Virus record (IMG/VR): IMGVR_UViG_3300037424_000434
Coordinates: 65,741 to 129,740 of that record
DNA: 64,000 bases
Direction: 5' to 3' (one strand)
Source of the DNA: a virus
Position 1 is the stretch's first letter. Every line of letters begins with the position of its first letter. The notes below the pieces were generated by a model, which was not told the origin of the DNA, ran no database searches, and saw nothing but the letters and a program-made list of their open reading frames with translations. Of the stretch, positions 63,138 to 64,000 are shown piece after piece. The translations under genes were made by a program, and so were the position numbers.

Positions 63138-64000
63138 ATGGCAAATACGATCAAGGTCAAACGATCTGCGGTTCAAGGGAATGTTCCGACTACAGCTCAA
63201 CTAGATTTAGGCGAAATCGCTATCAATACATATGATGGTAGAATGTTCGTAAAAAAAGATGATGGTGCCGCATCAATTGTAACCCTTCTCGGTGATAGCA
63301 ACGTTAATCATTTCACATTTGACATAACCCCAACCACGGTACCAACAATTGAAGGTACTCTTTCATGGGATGACACTTTTCATACATTAAAAGTTCAAGG
63401 AGATGTTTTGGTGTCCTCTCTTCAAGTTGGCCAAGAAGAGCGTACACGTGTATACAATGGCACAGGGTCAACTATTTTTGATGGTGAGGCTGTGCATATA
63501 ATTGGTGGGAGTTCGGGTATTCCTTCGGTTACAAAATCTATCTCCAGCGATAGTACAGCATCAACTGCCTGTGTGGGCGTGGCTACTCACGACATAGCAA
63601 CAGGGACGACTGGTTTTGTGACCACACGGGGCCTTGTACACGATTATGATACCTCGACATTTCCTGAAGGAAGTGTGTTGTATTTGTCTGACACCGTTTC
63701 GGGTGGGATGCAGATAGCAAAACCTCTTCCCCCTTCTTACACCATACCAATGGCGGTTGTTATTAGCAGTGCGGTGAATGGTATTATATATGTTGATATG
63801 AATAGACATACATCTACTGTTAGTATTATGGATACAGCACTCGCTTCGGCAGACCCAACGGGTTGGATCAATAATGACGGAATAACTTTGAGTTACGACA
63901 GTGCCGCAAGAACCGTAACATTGACTGGTGATCTTAGATATCAATATTATGGCCAAATTCTTGAACTAACATCTCCTTGGACTTCTACTGCTCACTCAGC
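63138..64000 (+). CDS. Tail fibre protein (partial, runs off the window)
   Basis: Hand translation MANTIKVKRSAVQGNVPTTAQLDLGEIAINTYDG; TATAAATA at 63088. Confidence 0.85.
   Translation, partial: MANTIKVKRSAVQGNVPTTAQLDLGEIAINTYDGRMFVKKDDGAASIVTLLGDSNVNHFTFDITPTTVPTIEGTLSWDDTFHTLKVQGDVLVSSLQVGQEERTRVYNGTGSTIFDGEAVHIIGGSSGIPSVTKSISSDSTASTACVGVATHDIATGTTGFVTTRGLVHDYDTSTFPEGSVLYLSDTVSGGMQIAKPLPPSYTIPMAVVISSAVNGIIYVDMNRHTSTVSIMDTALASADPTGWINNDGITLSYDSAARTVTLTGDLRYQYYGQILELTSPWTSTAHS

Noticed and set aside
61475..64000. Diversity-generating retroelement acting on tail fibres
   Set aside because: No reverse transcriptase and no template/variable repeat pair seen; the shared N-termini are ordinary paralogy.

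Overview
This window is part of a large T4-like myovirus genome in the standard genetic code. Positions 1-4700 are gene-poor, with small genes, direct and inverted repeats and an apparent strand-skew switch. Positions 4.7-19.4 kb are a minus-strand early region of tiny ORFs with many sigma70-type promoters. Positions 20-29.7 kb hold a CCA-adding enzyme, a Ro60/TROVE protein preceded by two Y-RNA-like ncRNAs, and proteins with T4 capsid-targeting-like N-termini, one of them ART-like. Positions 29.9-64 kb are the late morphogenesis module under TATAAATA-type promoters: gp4, gp2, tail fibres, portal, protease, scaffold, major capsid protein, TerS, PhoH, TerL, gp13 and gp14. The most striking structures are: (1) a terminase large subunit fractured into four genes, predicted to be rejoined by three atypically split inteins plus one cis-intein; (2) a phage Ro60 + two Y RNA operon near a CCA enzyme; (3) a TnpB-less IS607-like element carrying a methyltransferase and bounded by Shine-Dalgarno direct repeats; (4) several homing endonuclease genes that inserted into genes and duplicated or captured their ends; (5) an orphan PAS-GAF sensor coupled to a holin-like gene; (6) shared N- and C-terminal peptide tags across unrelated small proteins. 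All assignments are by eye from sequence motifs; no searches were run. Several homopolymer frameshifts suggest possible assembly errors.
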